In this document: positions 17,923 through 27,263 of the stretch, in pieces
Layout of the letters: each line of letters begins with the position of its first letter
Position numbering within the stretch: position 1 is the stretch's first letter
Virus record (IMG/VR): IMGVR_UViG_3300005471_000011
Location: 1 to 64,000 of that record
Source: a virus
Direction: 5' to 3' (one strand)
DNA: 64,000 nucleotides
Position numbers and translations under genes: made by a program
Notes under the pieces: generated by a model
What the model was told of the DNA's origin: nothing
Database searches by the model: none
The model's input: the letters and a program-made list of their open reading frames with translations, nothing else

Positions 17923-18131
17923 TCCATTTTCAGGCAGGTGACCGCGTCAAGCTGGCCAGCATGAAAGACCCGTCGCCGATCCCGGTTGGGACTTGCGGCA
18001 CGGTGCTCTCCAGCAATGCGATTGGCAATCCGCCAGACGACCCAGTCCAGTATTCCATCAAGTGGGATGCGCCGCACGACCGGCGCAGCCTGATGGCGGT
18101 CTGCCCGCCGGACGTGCTGGAGAAAGCATGA
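17919..18131 (+). CDS. DUF4314-like SH3-fold protein
   Basis: GDRVKL..M.DP.PIPVGT.GTV...IKWD. Confidence 0.65.
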   Translation: MIHFQAGDRVKLASMKDPSPIPVGTCGTVLSSNAIGNPPDDPVQYSIKWDAPHDRRSLMAVCPPDVLEKA

Positions 18132-18370
18132 TGCTGCCGAGAACGTCCACCCCAGCGACCAGGACTATTGAAACGCAGGTCAACGAAATCGTAGTGTCGT
18201 TCACTGAGGAACAGGTGCGGCAGGCGATCATGCGGCAATGGGGCAGCCATCCGGTCGGGCCGGAAGAATACACGATCCCGCAAAACGCTCGGCTGGTGGT
18301 TCGCGTCACCGAAGATGCTAATGGGATCAAAAACCATTTCGCATTGACCTGGGATGAGCCGATCAAATGA
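18128..18370 (+). CDS. hypothetical protein
   Basis: Coupled ORF. Confidence 0.5.
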   Translation: MMLPRTSTPATRTIETQVNEIVVSFTEEQVRQAIMRQWGSHPVGPEEYTIPQNARLVVRVTEDANGIKNHFALTWDEPIK

Positions 18371-18598
18371 ACCCGCCCGTCAACAAGCAGATGTGCAAGA
18401 CCTGCCCATTCCGCGAAGGCGGGATCACCGATCTGCCACAGCACCGGCAAGGATGCGTTGACCAAGCGGATCGGACCAGCGGGACTCTGCCGTGGCGCCA
18501 GGGACTTGCAGCTCCGGTATTTCGCCATGATCGGATTCATTGAATCAGATACCGATGAAGCGTGGCAGAAGAAGTGCCGCGAAATGGGGTTAGCATGA
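18367..18598 (+). pseudogene. Cys/His metal-binding protein split by a frameshift near 18432
   Basis: MCKTCPFR in one frame, ICHSTG..LCRGAR in another; both ends ATGA-coupled; span 232 nt. Confidence 0.6.
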
Positions 18599-18846
18599 GG
18601 CCAGCACTGTTCGAGATCGACGAAAACGAGAGCAGCGAGAAGCAGATCGTCATCCGCGACGCGGGGGACCACGCGATTTGCTCGACCGTCACCAACGACG
18701 CCGAGCGTGTGGTCGCCAAGCTCTATGGCATGGGCCGCTTGCTGCCCGGCCAGAAGTTGTTGTACTACGACAGCGAAGGAGAGTTGACCCAGTTACTTTG
18801 GTTCAGAGAGGGATATTTCGGCGGCTATGCGTCACCGGAAGCATGA
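18595..18846 (+). CDS. hypothetical phage protein
   Basis: TVTNDAE.VV..L...YYDSEG. Confidence 0.6.
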   Translation: MRPALFEIDENESSEKQIVIRDAGDHAICSTVTNDAERVVAKLYGMGRLLPGQKLLYYDSEGELTQLLWFREGYFGGYASPEA

Positions 18847-18855
18847 GGAGCGCCA

Positions 18856-19095
18856 ATGCCAAAATGGATGAAGCCCCAAGAGGAGATGCCGGATGTGGAA
18901 GCCGGCGACAGAATCCTGGTGATTGTCCGTGAGCGGGAGGAGGTTGAATCTCCTCTCGAAAACAAACTGCTCATCCTTGAAGCAACCGAAGACGGATGGT
19001 TCTCCCCAGACCCGGATTACGCCGGCTATTCAGTGACCGATGGCATCCTGTGGTCAGCGGAAAAAGACGTGTGCCAGATAGCGAACATCGTGTGA
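18856..19095 (+). CDS. hypothetical protein
   Basis: GAGGAG RBS. Confidence 0.55.
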   Translation: MPKWMKPQEEMPDVEAGDRILVIVREREEVESPLENKLLILEATEDGWFSPDPDYAGYSVTDGILWSAEKDVCQIANIV

Positions 19096-19200
19096 ACAAC
19101 TCGCATTGCCTGCCTTGTAGGTCGGCAGTCCCGGCGAAGCTACCTGCCTTGCCGAGCCGGGTTTTTGAATCAAGCTTTTTAATCAACGCGGGGAGCCTCC

Positions 19201-19548
19201 ATGCCACAGTCCAAGCTACGAAACGGCCGCACGAAAATCCTGCTCTACAAAGCGGAGATGGGCCAGCTACACGCCTCGCGAGGCATCGCAGATTTCATCG
19301 CCCGCAATGCCGGGCAAGGAACTGCGCTGCAAAGCAAGGCAGCGGCGACGGTCGAGTGGATGGACGGGCTACTGAAGGCGCTGGAGCCGGAACCTGAAAG
19401 GCCGCTGCTGGAGCCGCTGGAAACACCGCCAGCGCCGCCGCCGGCAGCAGAACCGCAAGTGGAGCCAGTGACGCCAGCCAAGAAGGGACGCAAGCCGAAA
19501 AACGGCGACTCTGGCAGTGGCACGGGAAATGCTAACAGCTCCGGGTGA
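19201..19548 (+). CDS. hypothetical protein
   Basis: GGAG RBS. Confidence 0.6.
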   Translation: MPQSKLRNGRTKILLYKAEMGQLHASRGIADFIARNAGQGTALQSKAAATVEWMDGLLKALEPEPERPLLEPLETPPAPPPAAEPQVEPVTPAKKGRKPKNGDSGSGTGNANSSG

Positions 19549-19659
19549 ACCACGCGGCTGCTGATCTGCTCATTGCGATGGAGCAATGCCGCGAGGGATC
19601 GTGGCGGGCCAATCCCGGAAGGCCCCTTTGAATCAGATGGGAACAGAGGAGCCTCAGTT

Positions 19660-19962
19660 ATGATCTGCGAACGCTACGAAAGCATCGACGCCGCCGTCCA
19701 GGGTGCCTTGGATCGGCTCAAGCACGGCGGCAACGGGCCAGACCACGTGCTGATGGACGCCACGGGGTCCATCCGTCCCACCGGGTTCATGGACAAGGGC
19801 TGGACTGAGTGCGCCTGCGTTCTGGTGGGCAACAACGGCTGGCTGCTGGGCTGCCGGCGCGCCTTGTACGACTCTGCCAAGGAACTGTGGCCGGGCAAGT
19901 GGGTGGCGGTGATCTGCTACGCCAACACGCCGCACCGGGTGGTGATCAAGCTGGCGCGATGA
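19660..19962 (+). CDS. hypothetical protein
   Basis: GAGGAG RBS. Confidence 0.55.
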   Translation: MICERYESIDAAVQGALDRLKHGGNGPDHVLMDATGSIRPTGFMDKGWTECACVLVGNNGWLLGCRRALYDSAKELWPGKWVAVICYANTPHRVVIKLAR

Positions 19963-19993
19963 CAAATTGGCAGCGGGTTTGTAAGATATCGGC

Positions 19994-20788
19994 ATGGGAG
20001 CCACAACGAAGAAGAAAAGCAGCCGGTCAATTCTGCGGCGCGACAACCGCATTCTCAAAGCGTTCTCGTCTGGCATGACGACCCGCCAGATCGAGGAGCG
20101 GGAGGGCATCAGCCGCCAGCGAATCCATGCCATCCTAAAGCGGTTCTCCGGCCGCGCCAGCCCGTTTAAGAAGTTCGCCCGCGACCTACGAGCTAAGCAG
20201 GCAAGGGAGGCCCGCAAGGCTGCGCAGGCTTCCCAGCAGGCATGCCGCGAAGCTTTAGGCATTCCGCTTGCCAAGGTCGCGGAAGAACTAGGCGCCAATG
20301 CACGCTGTCTGCTGTTCCTCGTCCAGGACGGGCGAGTGCCATTCATCAACCGCTTCGGCTCGCGGTGGTACATGGACCAGCGCTCGGTGGACTTCCTCCA
20401 GGAATGGCCGATGAACGTGGGTGGGAAGACCGGCAGCGCGTTAGCGGCGGAGATGCGACGTGCCGCAGCAGAGCTAGACCCAGCATGTGCCGAGCGCCAG
20501 CGAGGAGCGAAGCCAGCCAAGCGTCCCAGGCGACCCAAGCGACTCGCGCAGATTTGGGACCGCACGGTGGGATCGGACGTGGGTCGCACGCTTCAGTTCT
20601 TCGCACATCTCGGCAAAAGCCAGATGTTCAAATTCTCCACGCGCATGCTGGCGGTCGTGTCCCGCATGGAGCTGCGCCGCGCCGTCCAGATCATGCGGCT
20701 GCTGGAGGAGCACAAGGTGCTAAGTCGCCACGGCGGCGGGTTCATCAGCTACGACCGACCTGTTGACGAGAAGTCATTGAGCGTGTAA
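19994..20788 (+). CDS. basic multi-HTH DNA-binding protein
   Basis: GMTTRQI...GISRQRIHAIL HTH plus a second HTH-like segment; preceded by ATGACA-N17-TAAGAT-N6-ATG. Confidence 0.65.
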   Translation: MGATTKKKSSRSILRRDNRILKAFSSGMTTRQIEEREGISRQRIHAILKRFSGRASPFKKFARDLRAKQAREARKAAQASQQACREALGIPLAKVAEELGANARCLLFLVQDGRVPFINRFGSRWYMDQRSVDFLQEWPMNVGGKTGSALAAEMRRAAAELDPACAERQRGAKPAKRPRRPKRLAQIWDRTVGSDVGRTLQFFAHLGKSQMFKFSTRMLAVVSRMELRRAVQIMRLLEEHKVLSRHGGGFISYDRPVDEKSLSV

Positions 20789-20791
20789 AAT
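20763..20791 (+). promoter_or_regulatory. sigma70-type promoter, leaderless candidate (ATG 20798)
   Basis: TTGACG-N17-TAAAAT-N6-ATG. Confidence 0.7.
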
Positions 20792-20797
20792 ACCGGC

Positions 20798-21064
20798 ATG
20801 CTTACTTGCGGAATCTGCAATACGGGAATCGGCGACTGCACTTGCCCTGGTCGCGATGACCAACTAAGGGCCGTTGCGTACAACCCTGAAAGCCATGTCG
20901 CTTTCAAATGGTGCCGCAAGTGCGATAAGCACTACGCTCGTTGCCGCTGCGATCCACCGGAATTCTACGTCATTCTGGCTGGCAAGGATCAGACGACTCA
21001 TTTCATGCAAGGCGTCACCACCCTCGGCGGCAATCGCATTGCCCCAGACCTGGAGAAACGATGA
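20798..21064 (+). CDS. Cys-rich hypothetical protein
   Basis: Multiple CxxC/CxC motifs. Confidence 0.6.
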   Translation: MLTCGICNTGIGDCTCPGRDDQLRAVAYNPESHVAFKWCRKCDKHYARCRCDPPEFYVILAGKDQTTHFMQGVTTLGGNRIAPDLEKR

Positions 21065-21906
21065 ACAACGCAGATCGTCCGCACCGCAGCCCTTCCCAGA
21101 TCGGTTCTTATCTCCGCTGCGGTGAAGCTTGGCGTCGCATCTACCTGGAGCACGAGCGACCGCCGCCGTTTATCTCCATGCTGACCGGGACCGGCATGCA
21201 CAAGGGAGCGCAGGTCAACTTCGAGCAGAAGATCGAATCACACGTGGACCTGCCAGTGCCGCAGATCGTGGACGCAGCGGTTGCTGGATTCGACGCAGCC
21301 GTGGCAAAGGACGGCGTCACGCTGACGGACAAGGAGAAGCCGGCCGGGCAGGAAATGGCAGTCGGCGCAGCGCGCGACAACGTCGCCAAGCTGGCGGCAG
21401 CGTTCGCGATCATGCAAGCACCAGACTACCAACCGATAGCCGTTGAGCAGCGAGTACGAATCCCCGTGCCGCGGTCCACGCATGACCTGCTGGGCGTGAT
21501 GGACTTCGTCGGGACCGTCCGTGGCGTCACTGGCCAACGGGTGCGCGATTGGAAGACCGGCAAGCGAAAAAAGAGCGCGGTGGACGCGGCTGAATCCACG
21601 CAGTTGACGTTCTACGCTGCGGCGCATCAGGTCCACTACGGTGCGCCGCCGGCTGACGTAGGCTTGGACGTGCTGATCATCAAGTCTAAAGGCATCGAGC
21701 GCCAGGAGCTTGTCGAGCAGCGAGACGAGAAAGACTTTCAGGCGCTGGCCGCGACGTTGAACACGATGGAGCGCGGCATCAAAGCTGGCATTTTCCTGCC
21801 GGCGGTGCCGGACGCCTATTGGTGCCGGTCATGTGTGTTCCGACCGACGTGCCCCTATGTCAACAACGCCCGCGTCGAGGCGGCAAAAGCGGCGGAGGAA
21901 GAGTGA
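21061..21906 (+). CDS. PD-(D/E)XK (RecB/Cas4-like) exonuclease
   Basis: SPSQI..YLRC, G.MD, DWKTG, QL.FY, WC..C.FRPTC. Confidence 0.85.
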   Translation: MNNADRPHRSPSQIGSYLRCGEAWRRIYLEHERPPPFISMLTGTGMHKGAQVNFEQKIESHVDLPVPQIVDAAVAGFDAAVAKDGVTLTDKEKPAGQEMAVGAARDNVAKLAAAFAIMQAPDYQPIAVEQRVRIPVPRSTHDLLGVMDFVGTVRGVTGQRVRDWKTGKRKKSAVDAAESTQLTFYAAAHQVHYGAPPADVGLDVLIIKSKGIERQELVEQRDEKDFQALAATLNTMERGIKAGIFLPAVPDAYWCRSCVFRPTCPYVNNARVEAAKAAEEE

Positions 21907-22172
21907 GCGATCCCAAGGGCACCGCCGCGATCCCCGACTTCCAGACATGGATGGCCGAGACCTTCCAGCGGGTGGAGTCCGGTCAGTACATCGACGTATC
22001 GCGCAAGTACAGGCTGGTGATCAACCCAATCCGTTATCAGGTATCGCTGGACGCGGACCAAGCGCGCGAGCTGGCGTGGCAGTTGCGCAAAGCGTTCTGC
22101 CCGTGCTGCGGCGGCACGGGGTTCAACGAGCAAACCAATTCAAATTGCGAAGCGTGTTTCATGCCTTTCTGA
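21903..22172 (+). CDS. hypothetical protein with a CxxCxGxG zinc finger
   Basis: CPCCGGTG..CEAC. Confidence 0.55.
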   Translation: MSDPKGTAAIPDFQTWMAETFQRVESGQYIDVSRKYRLVINPIRYQVSLDADQARELAWQLRKAFCPCCGGTGFNEQTNSNCEACFMPF

Positions 22173-22526
22173 AGGGATCGAACGATGCGGCGTTACAAAG
22201 ACGGCTGCGGTCACGTTTACGAAATCCCGGACGAGTACGTGGAAGCCTTTGAGCGGCGCAGACGACCTCTGCTGATCGCAGCAATCGCACTCAAGCTGAT
22301 CTTCCTGGCGGCGCTCTTGGCAATCGCCTGGAGCCGCCAATGACCGTTGAGCGATTGATCGAGTTTTTGAAGGATTGTGACCCGCAAGCAATTGTCAAAG
22401 TCCTTGGAGACGACGGCGGACATTTACCGCTCGCTGGCTTTGAGATTATGCCGGACGGATCGCTAGAGCTGTGGCCCGACGACGATGATGAAGATGAAGA
22501 GTAGCCAATTTTTAAGGAGCCTCCCA

Positions 22527-23654
22527 ATGACCCAGACAGCGCAACGACCGCAGAACCAAATGCGAACCAGCCAGCCAGCGGCCAAGCCGGAATCGCCTCC
22601 CGATACGGAAGAGTCGCTTTTCCAAAAACTGCTCCAGCAGAAGCACACCTACACGCCATTCGGCGAGAGCGAGGAGATGACGCTGACGCCGTGGCACGTC
22701 CAGCAGTTCCTTGCGGTCCCGACAAAGCAAGGGCATCTGCCAACGGTTCAGGATTGCGTGAAGTTCTGCATCATGTGTCGTCAGCGACAGCTCAACCCGT
22801 GGGCTGGCGACTGCTACATGATCGGCTACGACACTGAGGACGGTCCCAAGTTCAGCGTGGTCACGGCGATCCAGGCGTTGCTTTCGCGCGCGGAGTTGAA
22901 TGCAGCCTTCGACGGCATGGAGAGCGGCGTGGTTGTCCAGCGCGCGGAAGTTCTGGATGGAGGCAAGGCGACCCAGGTGATCGAGGAGCGGCAGGGCGAC
23001 TTGACTCTTACGGGGGAAACGTTGCTTGGCGGCTGGTCTCGCGTGTATCGCAAAGACCGCAAGATCACGTTTTACCAGCGGCTCAAGCTTGGCACCTACG
23101 ACAAGGGCAATAAGCAATGGAGAAAGGACGGCGCCGGAATGATCTGCAAATGCGCTGAGGCTGGCGCGCTGCGACAGGCTTTCCCCAGCGTCATCGGCGG
23201 GCTGTATCTACGAGACGAGATCGAGGCATTCGCAACGCCATCGGCACCCAAGCCAGCGAACACTGAAGGCGACGTCAACCTGGACGTGCTGACCGGGCAT
23301 GCTCCGATCATCACGCCAGCGCCGGCAGTCGGCGAGGCGAATGGCACCGCGCCGGTCCACGACGGCACGGCCGGCGAGGACCATCCCGACGACGTGTCCC
23401 AGGAGGAGCAAGCCACCGGCGAAGCCGAGTCCAGCCAGCTCCCCAGCGAGGAAGACCTCCTTGGCTGGCTCCACGACGTGGACACCGCGCAGACCAACGG
23501 CGCGCTGGACAAGCTGGCGAATGATCCCGGCCTGAATGCTTTATCGCCCAACGTGCGGGACAAGATTCTCAGGTCCATCGGGGAGCGTCGGTCGCAGCTC
23601 AAGGCCAAGAACGGCGGCGGCAAGCAACCAGCGCTGCCAGGGGCGCAGCAATGA
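22527..23654 (+). CDS. bet: RecT/Red-beta single-strand annealing protein
   Basis: QLNPW.GDCY.I.Y, FDGMESGV, L.GGW.RVYRKDR, M..KCAE..ALRQAFP. Confidence 0.85.
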   Translation: MTQTAQRPQNQMRTSQPAAKPESPPDTEESLFQKLLQQKHTYTPFGESEEMTLTPWHVQQFLAVPTKQGHLPTVQDCVKFCIMCRQRQLNPWAGDCYMIGYDTEDGPKFSVVTAIQALLSRAELNAAFDGMESGVVVQRAEVLDGGKATQVIEERQGDLTLTGETLLGGWSRVYRKDRKITFYQRLKLGTYDKGNKQWRKDGAGMICKCAEAGALRQAFPSVIGGLYLRDEIEAFATPSAPKPANTEGDVNLDVLTGHAPIITPAPAVGEANGTAPVHDGTAGEDHPDDVSQEEQATGEAESSQLPSEEDLLGWLHDVDTAQTNGALDKLANDPGLNALSPNVRDKILRSIGERRSQLKAKNGGGKQPALPGAQQ

Positions 23655-24184
23655 CGAACGAACAGCTCGATCAGCATCTCGGCAGGAAGCTTGTGCGCCT
23701 GGATTATAATTTCAGCGTCAGCCCCGCCGTCGCGGTGATCATCGAATCTGGTCAGGACGAGCACGAACTAGCTAAGTCGCTGACTGAAAAGATCGAGGTT
23801 GCGCTACAGGAGTTGACGCTGTTCCACGAGTTCTCGTGCAAGCGCAGCGAGACCTTTGGCTGCGTCTCTGTGCTGAGTAGCGCGGTGATCGTTCCGCACG
23901 CCGAGCGGACTGCCGCCGCGCTAAAATCTTGGGATGACCTGGCCAATGCGCTGGCACCGGGATTCGAGCGGCAGCGGTCGGAGCTTGCAGCCAAGCACGC
24001 CAGCGATCCCAACAATGGGACGCTAGGTTGGTGGCGCGTCGAGGGCCTGCGTCATTCGGCTCTTGTGCGGGCCAGCAGCGCCGCCGAGGCGATCAGCAAG
24101 GCGTCCTGTGCGGTCGATCCATCCTGGGAATCGCCGGGCGCCGAGTTCATCGGCACCGAACTTCCAGACGTGGTGTCCTGCTAA
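23651..24184 (+). CDS. hypothetical protein
   Basis: Coupled ORF. Confidence 0.5.
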   Translation: MTNEQLDQHLGRKLVRLDYNFSVSPAVAVIIESGQDEHELAKSLTEKIEVALQELTLFHEFSCKRSETFGCVSVLSSAVIVPHAERTAAALKSWDDLANALAPGFERQRSELAAKHASDPNNGTLGWWRVEGLRHSALVRASSAAEAISKASCAVDPSWESPGAEFIGTELPDVVSC

Positions 24185-24261
24185 AACTCGAAATCCAGAA
24201 AACGCCATAACTCTACACGGCGTTTCGCTTTGCGCTATACAGAAACTACAATTTCGCTCTA

Positions 24262-24290
24262 TTGACAGAAGCATCTGCAATCTGTAAAAT
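24262..24290 (+). promoter_or_regulatory. sigma70-type promoter, leaderless candidate (ATG 24297)
   Basis: TTGACA-N17-TAAAAT-N6-ATG; near-duplicate of the 13470 promoter. Confidence 0.8.
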
Positions 24291-24296
24291 AATGGC

Positions 24297-24491
24297 ATGA
24301 CGCGAGCGAATACCAAGCAGGGAAACGAACCACGAACCACAGAGCCAGCAATGAAAGTCAGGATCATAGGAAACGAACAGATCGGATACCGCTTAGTACG
24401 GGCCGACAATAGTCGGGTGGTCGGATTCGACCGCCTATACAGCGGTGTGACGCAAATCGCGTATAGCAATGGCTGGAAAATCATTCGGTAA
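24297..24491 (+). CDS. hypothetical protein
   Basis: ORF immediately after the promoter. Confidence 0.5.
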   Translation: MTRANTKQGNEPRTTEPAMKVRIIGNEQIGYRLVRADNSRVVGFDRLYSGVTQIAYSNGWKIIR

Positions 24492-24551
24492 ATGCGGCAC
24501 GGTCCGCAAGCCGCCCACGGGCATCCAGTGGGAGAGCACAAAGGGAACCGG

Positions 24552-24866
24552 ATGAACATTATTTATCTTTCAACTGACCGAAGGCACGCTGAAGCATGGA
24601 ACAATGGAAACCGCTGCCGCACATCATCCATCGAAGTCAATGGACTGGCAAAGGCAGTCGCGGACTGTGTGGAATACCTGCAATCGTGGAGCGGGAGAGA
24701 TGTAAAGATTGGGCGAGATGTAAAGATTGGGCGAGATGTCGAGCAGGCACTAGCCGCCATTTATCCCGGATGCGATCCAGATAAGCGATGCGTGCACGGG
24801 GAAAAGTGGGGCGGTGGAACCTGTAAGCATTGCGACAGCTACAACAATCGGCTGGGCAACCAATGA
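24552..24866 (+). CDS. hypothetical protein with GRDVKI repeats
   Basis: Conserved leader motif before the ATG. Confidence 0.5.
   Translation: MNIIYLSTDRRHAEAWNNGNRCRTSSIEVNGLAKAVADCVEYLQSWSGRDVKIGRDVKIGRDVEQALAAIYPGCDPDKRCVHGEKWGGGTCKHCDSYNNRLGNQ
24693..24739 (+). repeat. 18-bp tandem repeat (~2.5 copies, GGGCGAGATGTAAAGATT)
   Basis: Direct inspection. Confidence 0.8.
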
Positions 24867-25147
24867 AACCAATCTGCGTCAAGTGCCAGCGGTTCTACCG
24901 CATTGAGCGGAACGGAACCCCGTTCGTCGAAAACATGCCAACCAGCCCGGCGGTGCCAGCCGGGACTGAGCGGCCCGATTTATGGACAGCGTACAAATTG
25001 TGGCTCGGCGACCTCTGGAAGTGTGAAGGTTGCGGATCGCAGATCATCGTCGGCACTGGAGCCGATCCAGTAGCAGAGCATTTCGAGCCGGACTTCGCAT
25101 TCATGCGAAATCTGCACGGCGCGGAGATCCAAGTCAACGATTGCTAA
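24863..25147 (+). CDS. zinc-ribbon protein
   Basis: CVKC..CEGC. Confidence 0.6.
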   Translation: MKPICVKCQRFYRIERNGTPFVENMPTSPAVPAGTERPDLWTAYKLWLGDLWKCEGCGSQIIVGTGADPVAEHFEPDFAFMRNLHGAEIQVNDC

Positions 25148-25204
25148 ATCGGCGCTGCCGGCGGCCGTTCTCAGCCGGCAAGAGTTTCATGGGGAGCCTC
25201 AAGC

Positions 25205-26605
25205 ATGAAGAAAACCAAGACGGCACCGAAGCCGCAGAAGAAGCCGGACAAGACAGCCAAGCCGCTGGTGTTCAAAGCCGGGGACGCGGTGGAGTTCCGC
25301 TTCACGGAGGGCGCGCCGCGCCCGGAAGGGGACGCGGTGGTCCTCAAGGCGGACGCGGTGAGCAAGGGCCGCATGATGTACCTGCTCGAAGTCAAGCAGG
25401 TGCTGGTCGGCAAGCCAGACTCGCTGCGCAACCCAGATGGGGAGTTGTGGGCGCAGGACGGCGAGCTGTTCAAGCTGGGAACGCGGGCCAAGGTTCCGCC
25501 GGTCGTGCCGCTGGCAGACGTGCGGAAAGAAACCGCAGCGGCGGTCAAGGAGAAGCCGCTGGCCAAGGGGATGCCGGCAGGCTTCAAGGAAGCCAAGGCG
25601 AGCACGGGCGGCGCCTTGCTGTTGTTTCGCGCCGGGCACGTCCTGGAGGCGTTCAACGGCGACGCGGCTATTCTGGTCTCGGTGCTCAAGGCGGACCTCC
25701 AGCAGCGCGATGAGGTAGGGTTCGCCGAGATCAACGCGGATGACCTGGAGGCGGCGCTGGCCAAGTTGGTCAAAGCTGGTCACCGTGTTGCGATCCTGGA
25801 GCAGGTCGAAGGCAAGGAAGCAAACGTCGTCGCGGAGCCTTCCAAGGAAGGCAGCCGGGAGAATCCGATCCCGGCAGGCAAAGCGGCGACGGCGGCTGCC
25901 TGCGTCATCCTCCACGAGGAAACCAAGGGGCGATGCGACCTGATCATGCTGGCGGGCAAGTATCATAACGGCCACCGCAAGCAGATCATGGTCAAGCTGC
26001 TGGGACGGGAGCCAAAGCACGACGAGTACGGCGTCCATGACCTACGGCGGGCGTTCGCCCAGGCAATGAAGCTCGACTGCCCCAGCGAGGAAGCGGAACT
26101 CGAGCGCATCGCGGAGCGGTGCATCGAGATCGTCGCGGAGATCGACAAGCACGAGCAAGCCTTGGCGGAAACCGGCGCGCCGGTCATTGCCAAGCAAGTC
26201 CAGCGGGAAGAAGCTGCGGAACCAGCCGAAGAAAATCAGGCCAGCGCCGGCGCGGCCAATCCAACCACCCCAGAAGCAGAGGAAGATTTCATGGCGAAGG
26301 CATCCAAGAAAGCGTTGAAGAAGACCGGCAAGGAACCGAAGGTTGAAAAGGCGAACGGCAAGCCGAAGGCGGATCGTGGGTTGTCCCTGCTCGACGCAGC
26401 CCACAAGATCTTGCAGGGGCGGACCAAGCCAATGACGACCAAGGAGCTGGTCGCCACGGCGCGTGAGCGGAATCTCTGGACGAGCCCAGCGGGCAAGACG
26501 CCCGAGGCGACGCTCAGCGCGGCGATCAACACAGAGATCAGCAAGAAGGGTAAGGACAGCCGGTTCGAGAAGCCGGAACCCGGAAAGTTTCTGGCAGCGA
26601 AGTAG
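25205..26605 (+). CDS. multidomain protein with a MutS domain I-like region and a C-terminal HARE-HTH
   Basis: LLLFRAG...EAF..DA...L...L.KLVKAGHRVAILEQ; LSLLDAA.KIL...PM..KEL...GKTPEATLSAAI..EI...SRF. Confidence 0.75.
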   Translation: MKKTKTAPKPQKKPDKTAKPLVFKAGDAVEFRFTEGAPRPEGDAVVLKADAVSKGRMMYLLEVKQVLVGKPDSLRNPDGELWAQDGELFKLGTRAKVPPVVPLADVRKETAAAVKEKPLAKGMPAGFKEAKASTGGALLLFRAGHVLEAFNGDAAILVSVLKADLQQRDEVGFAEINADDLEAALAKLVKAGHRVAILEQVEGKEANVVAEPSKEGSRENPIPAGKAATAAACVILHEETKGRCDLIMLAGKYHNGHRKQIMVKLLGREPKHDEYGVHDLRRAFAQAMKLDCPSEEAELERIAERCIEIVAEIDKHEQALAETGAPVIAKQVQREEAAEPAEENQASAGAANPTTPEAEEDFMAKASKKALKKTGKEPKVEKANGKPKADRGLSLLDAAHKILQGRTKPMTTKELVATARERNLWTSPAGKTPEATLSAAINTEISKKGKDSRFEKPEPGKFLAAK

Positions 26606-26621
26606 CTCGCTAGATTGCGGC

Positions 26622-27263
26622 TCAAGCCTCCGGCTGGCACAATGCCTCCGGAGGCTTGTTGATTGCGCGGAGCATTCGCGGGCTCTTCTCTGCTTTTCTG
26701 TGGCACACAAAGCAGAGTGTGATCAAATTATTCAGAGCATTCGCCCGACGCCAGTTGCCTCGGAATCTTCCATTAGGCTTGCGATGGTGGACGTGAATGT
26801 CTCGTTTTCCTTGCACTCGCTTTCTTCCGCAAAGCCTGCATGTATAGTGATCTCTGATCAGCGCCTTGCTTCTTTGTCGTCTCCAATTCGGACCGTAATC
26901 TTGTCTTCGACCGCCTCCTGTCGTGAATGCTGGATTGTTCGATCCGATGATAAATCTCGCACGGCACTTCAGGTTGCAGTAAAATCGGCGTTGCCTTTTT
27001 GCCTTCGACGGATACACTCGCAATTCCGCGTGACAGAACGTGCATTGGACTTGCACCTTTTTAGCGCCGGCTCGCTTGGCTACGCTGTGACATTTTTGAG
27101 AGCAATAAATGTTCTTAGTAAAACGGGACCGCTTTCGCACAACATCCTTGCCGCAAATACTGCACGAACGCCTCTCGAATGAAAGCCTACCTGCGGCTGC
27201 ACATCGCTTGGAACAAAACGTCGCGGCAAACTTAGCGAGCCTCCATTTGTGAATTATGAACAA
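26622..27263 (-). CDS. HNH endonuclease with zinc-finger repeats (start uncertain)
   Basis: FCS..C repeats, RDHYTCRLCG, IHVHHRKP, NALNNLITLC..CH. Confidence 0.8.
   Translation of the reverse strand: MFIIHKWRLAKFAATFCSKRCAAAGRLSFERRSCSICGKDVVRKRSRFTKNIYCSQKCHSVAKRAGAKKVQVQCTFCHAELRVYPSKAKRQRRFYCNLKCRARFIIGSNNPAFTTGGGRRQDYGPNWRRQRSKALIRDHYTCRLCGRKRVQGKRDIHVHHRKPNGRFRGNWRRANALNNLITLCFVCHRKAEKSPRMLRAINKPPEALCQPEA
26623..26660 (+). terminator. putative terminator hairpin
   Basis: CAAGCCTCCGG/CCGGAGGCTTG. Confidence 0.55.

Noticed and set aside
17046-19152. Complementarity between CAGGGCAGGCAA (~17046) and TTGCCTGCCTTG (~19106)
   Set aside because: A 12-nt imperfect match in GC-rich DNA is too weak to claim an antisense pair.
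21061-21906. CRISPR-associated Cas4
   Set aside because: No cas genes or array; proximity to Bet indicates a recombination exonuclease.
24693-24739. CRISPR-like repeat
   Set aside because: Contiguous 18-bp coding repeat with no spacers; no CRISPR array seen in the window.
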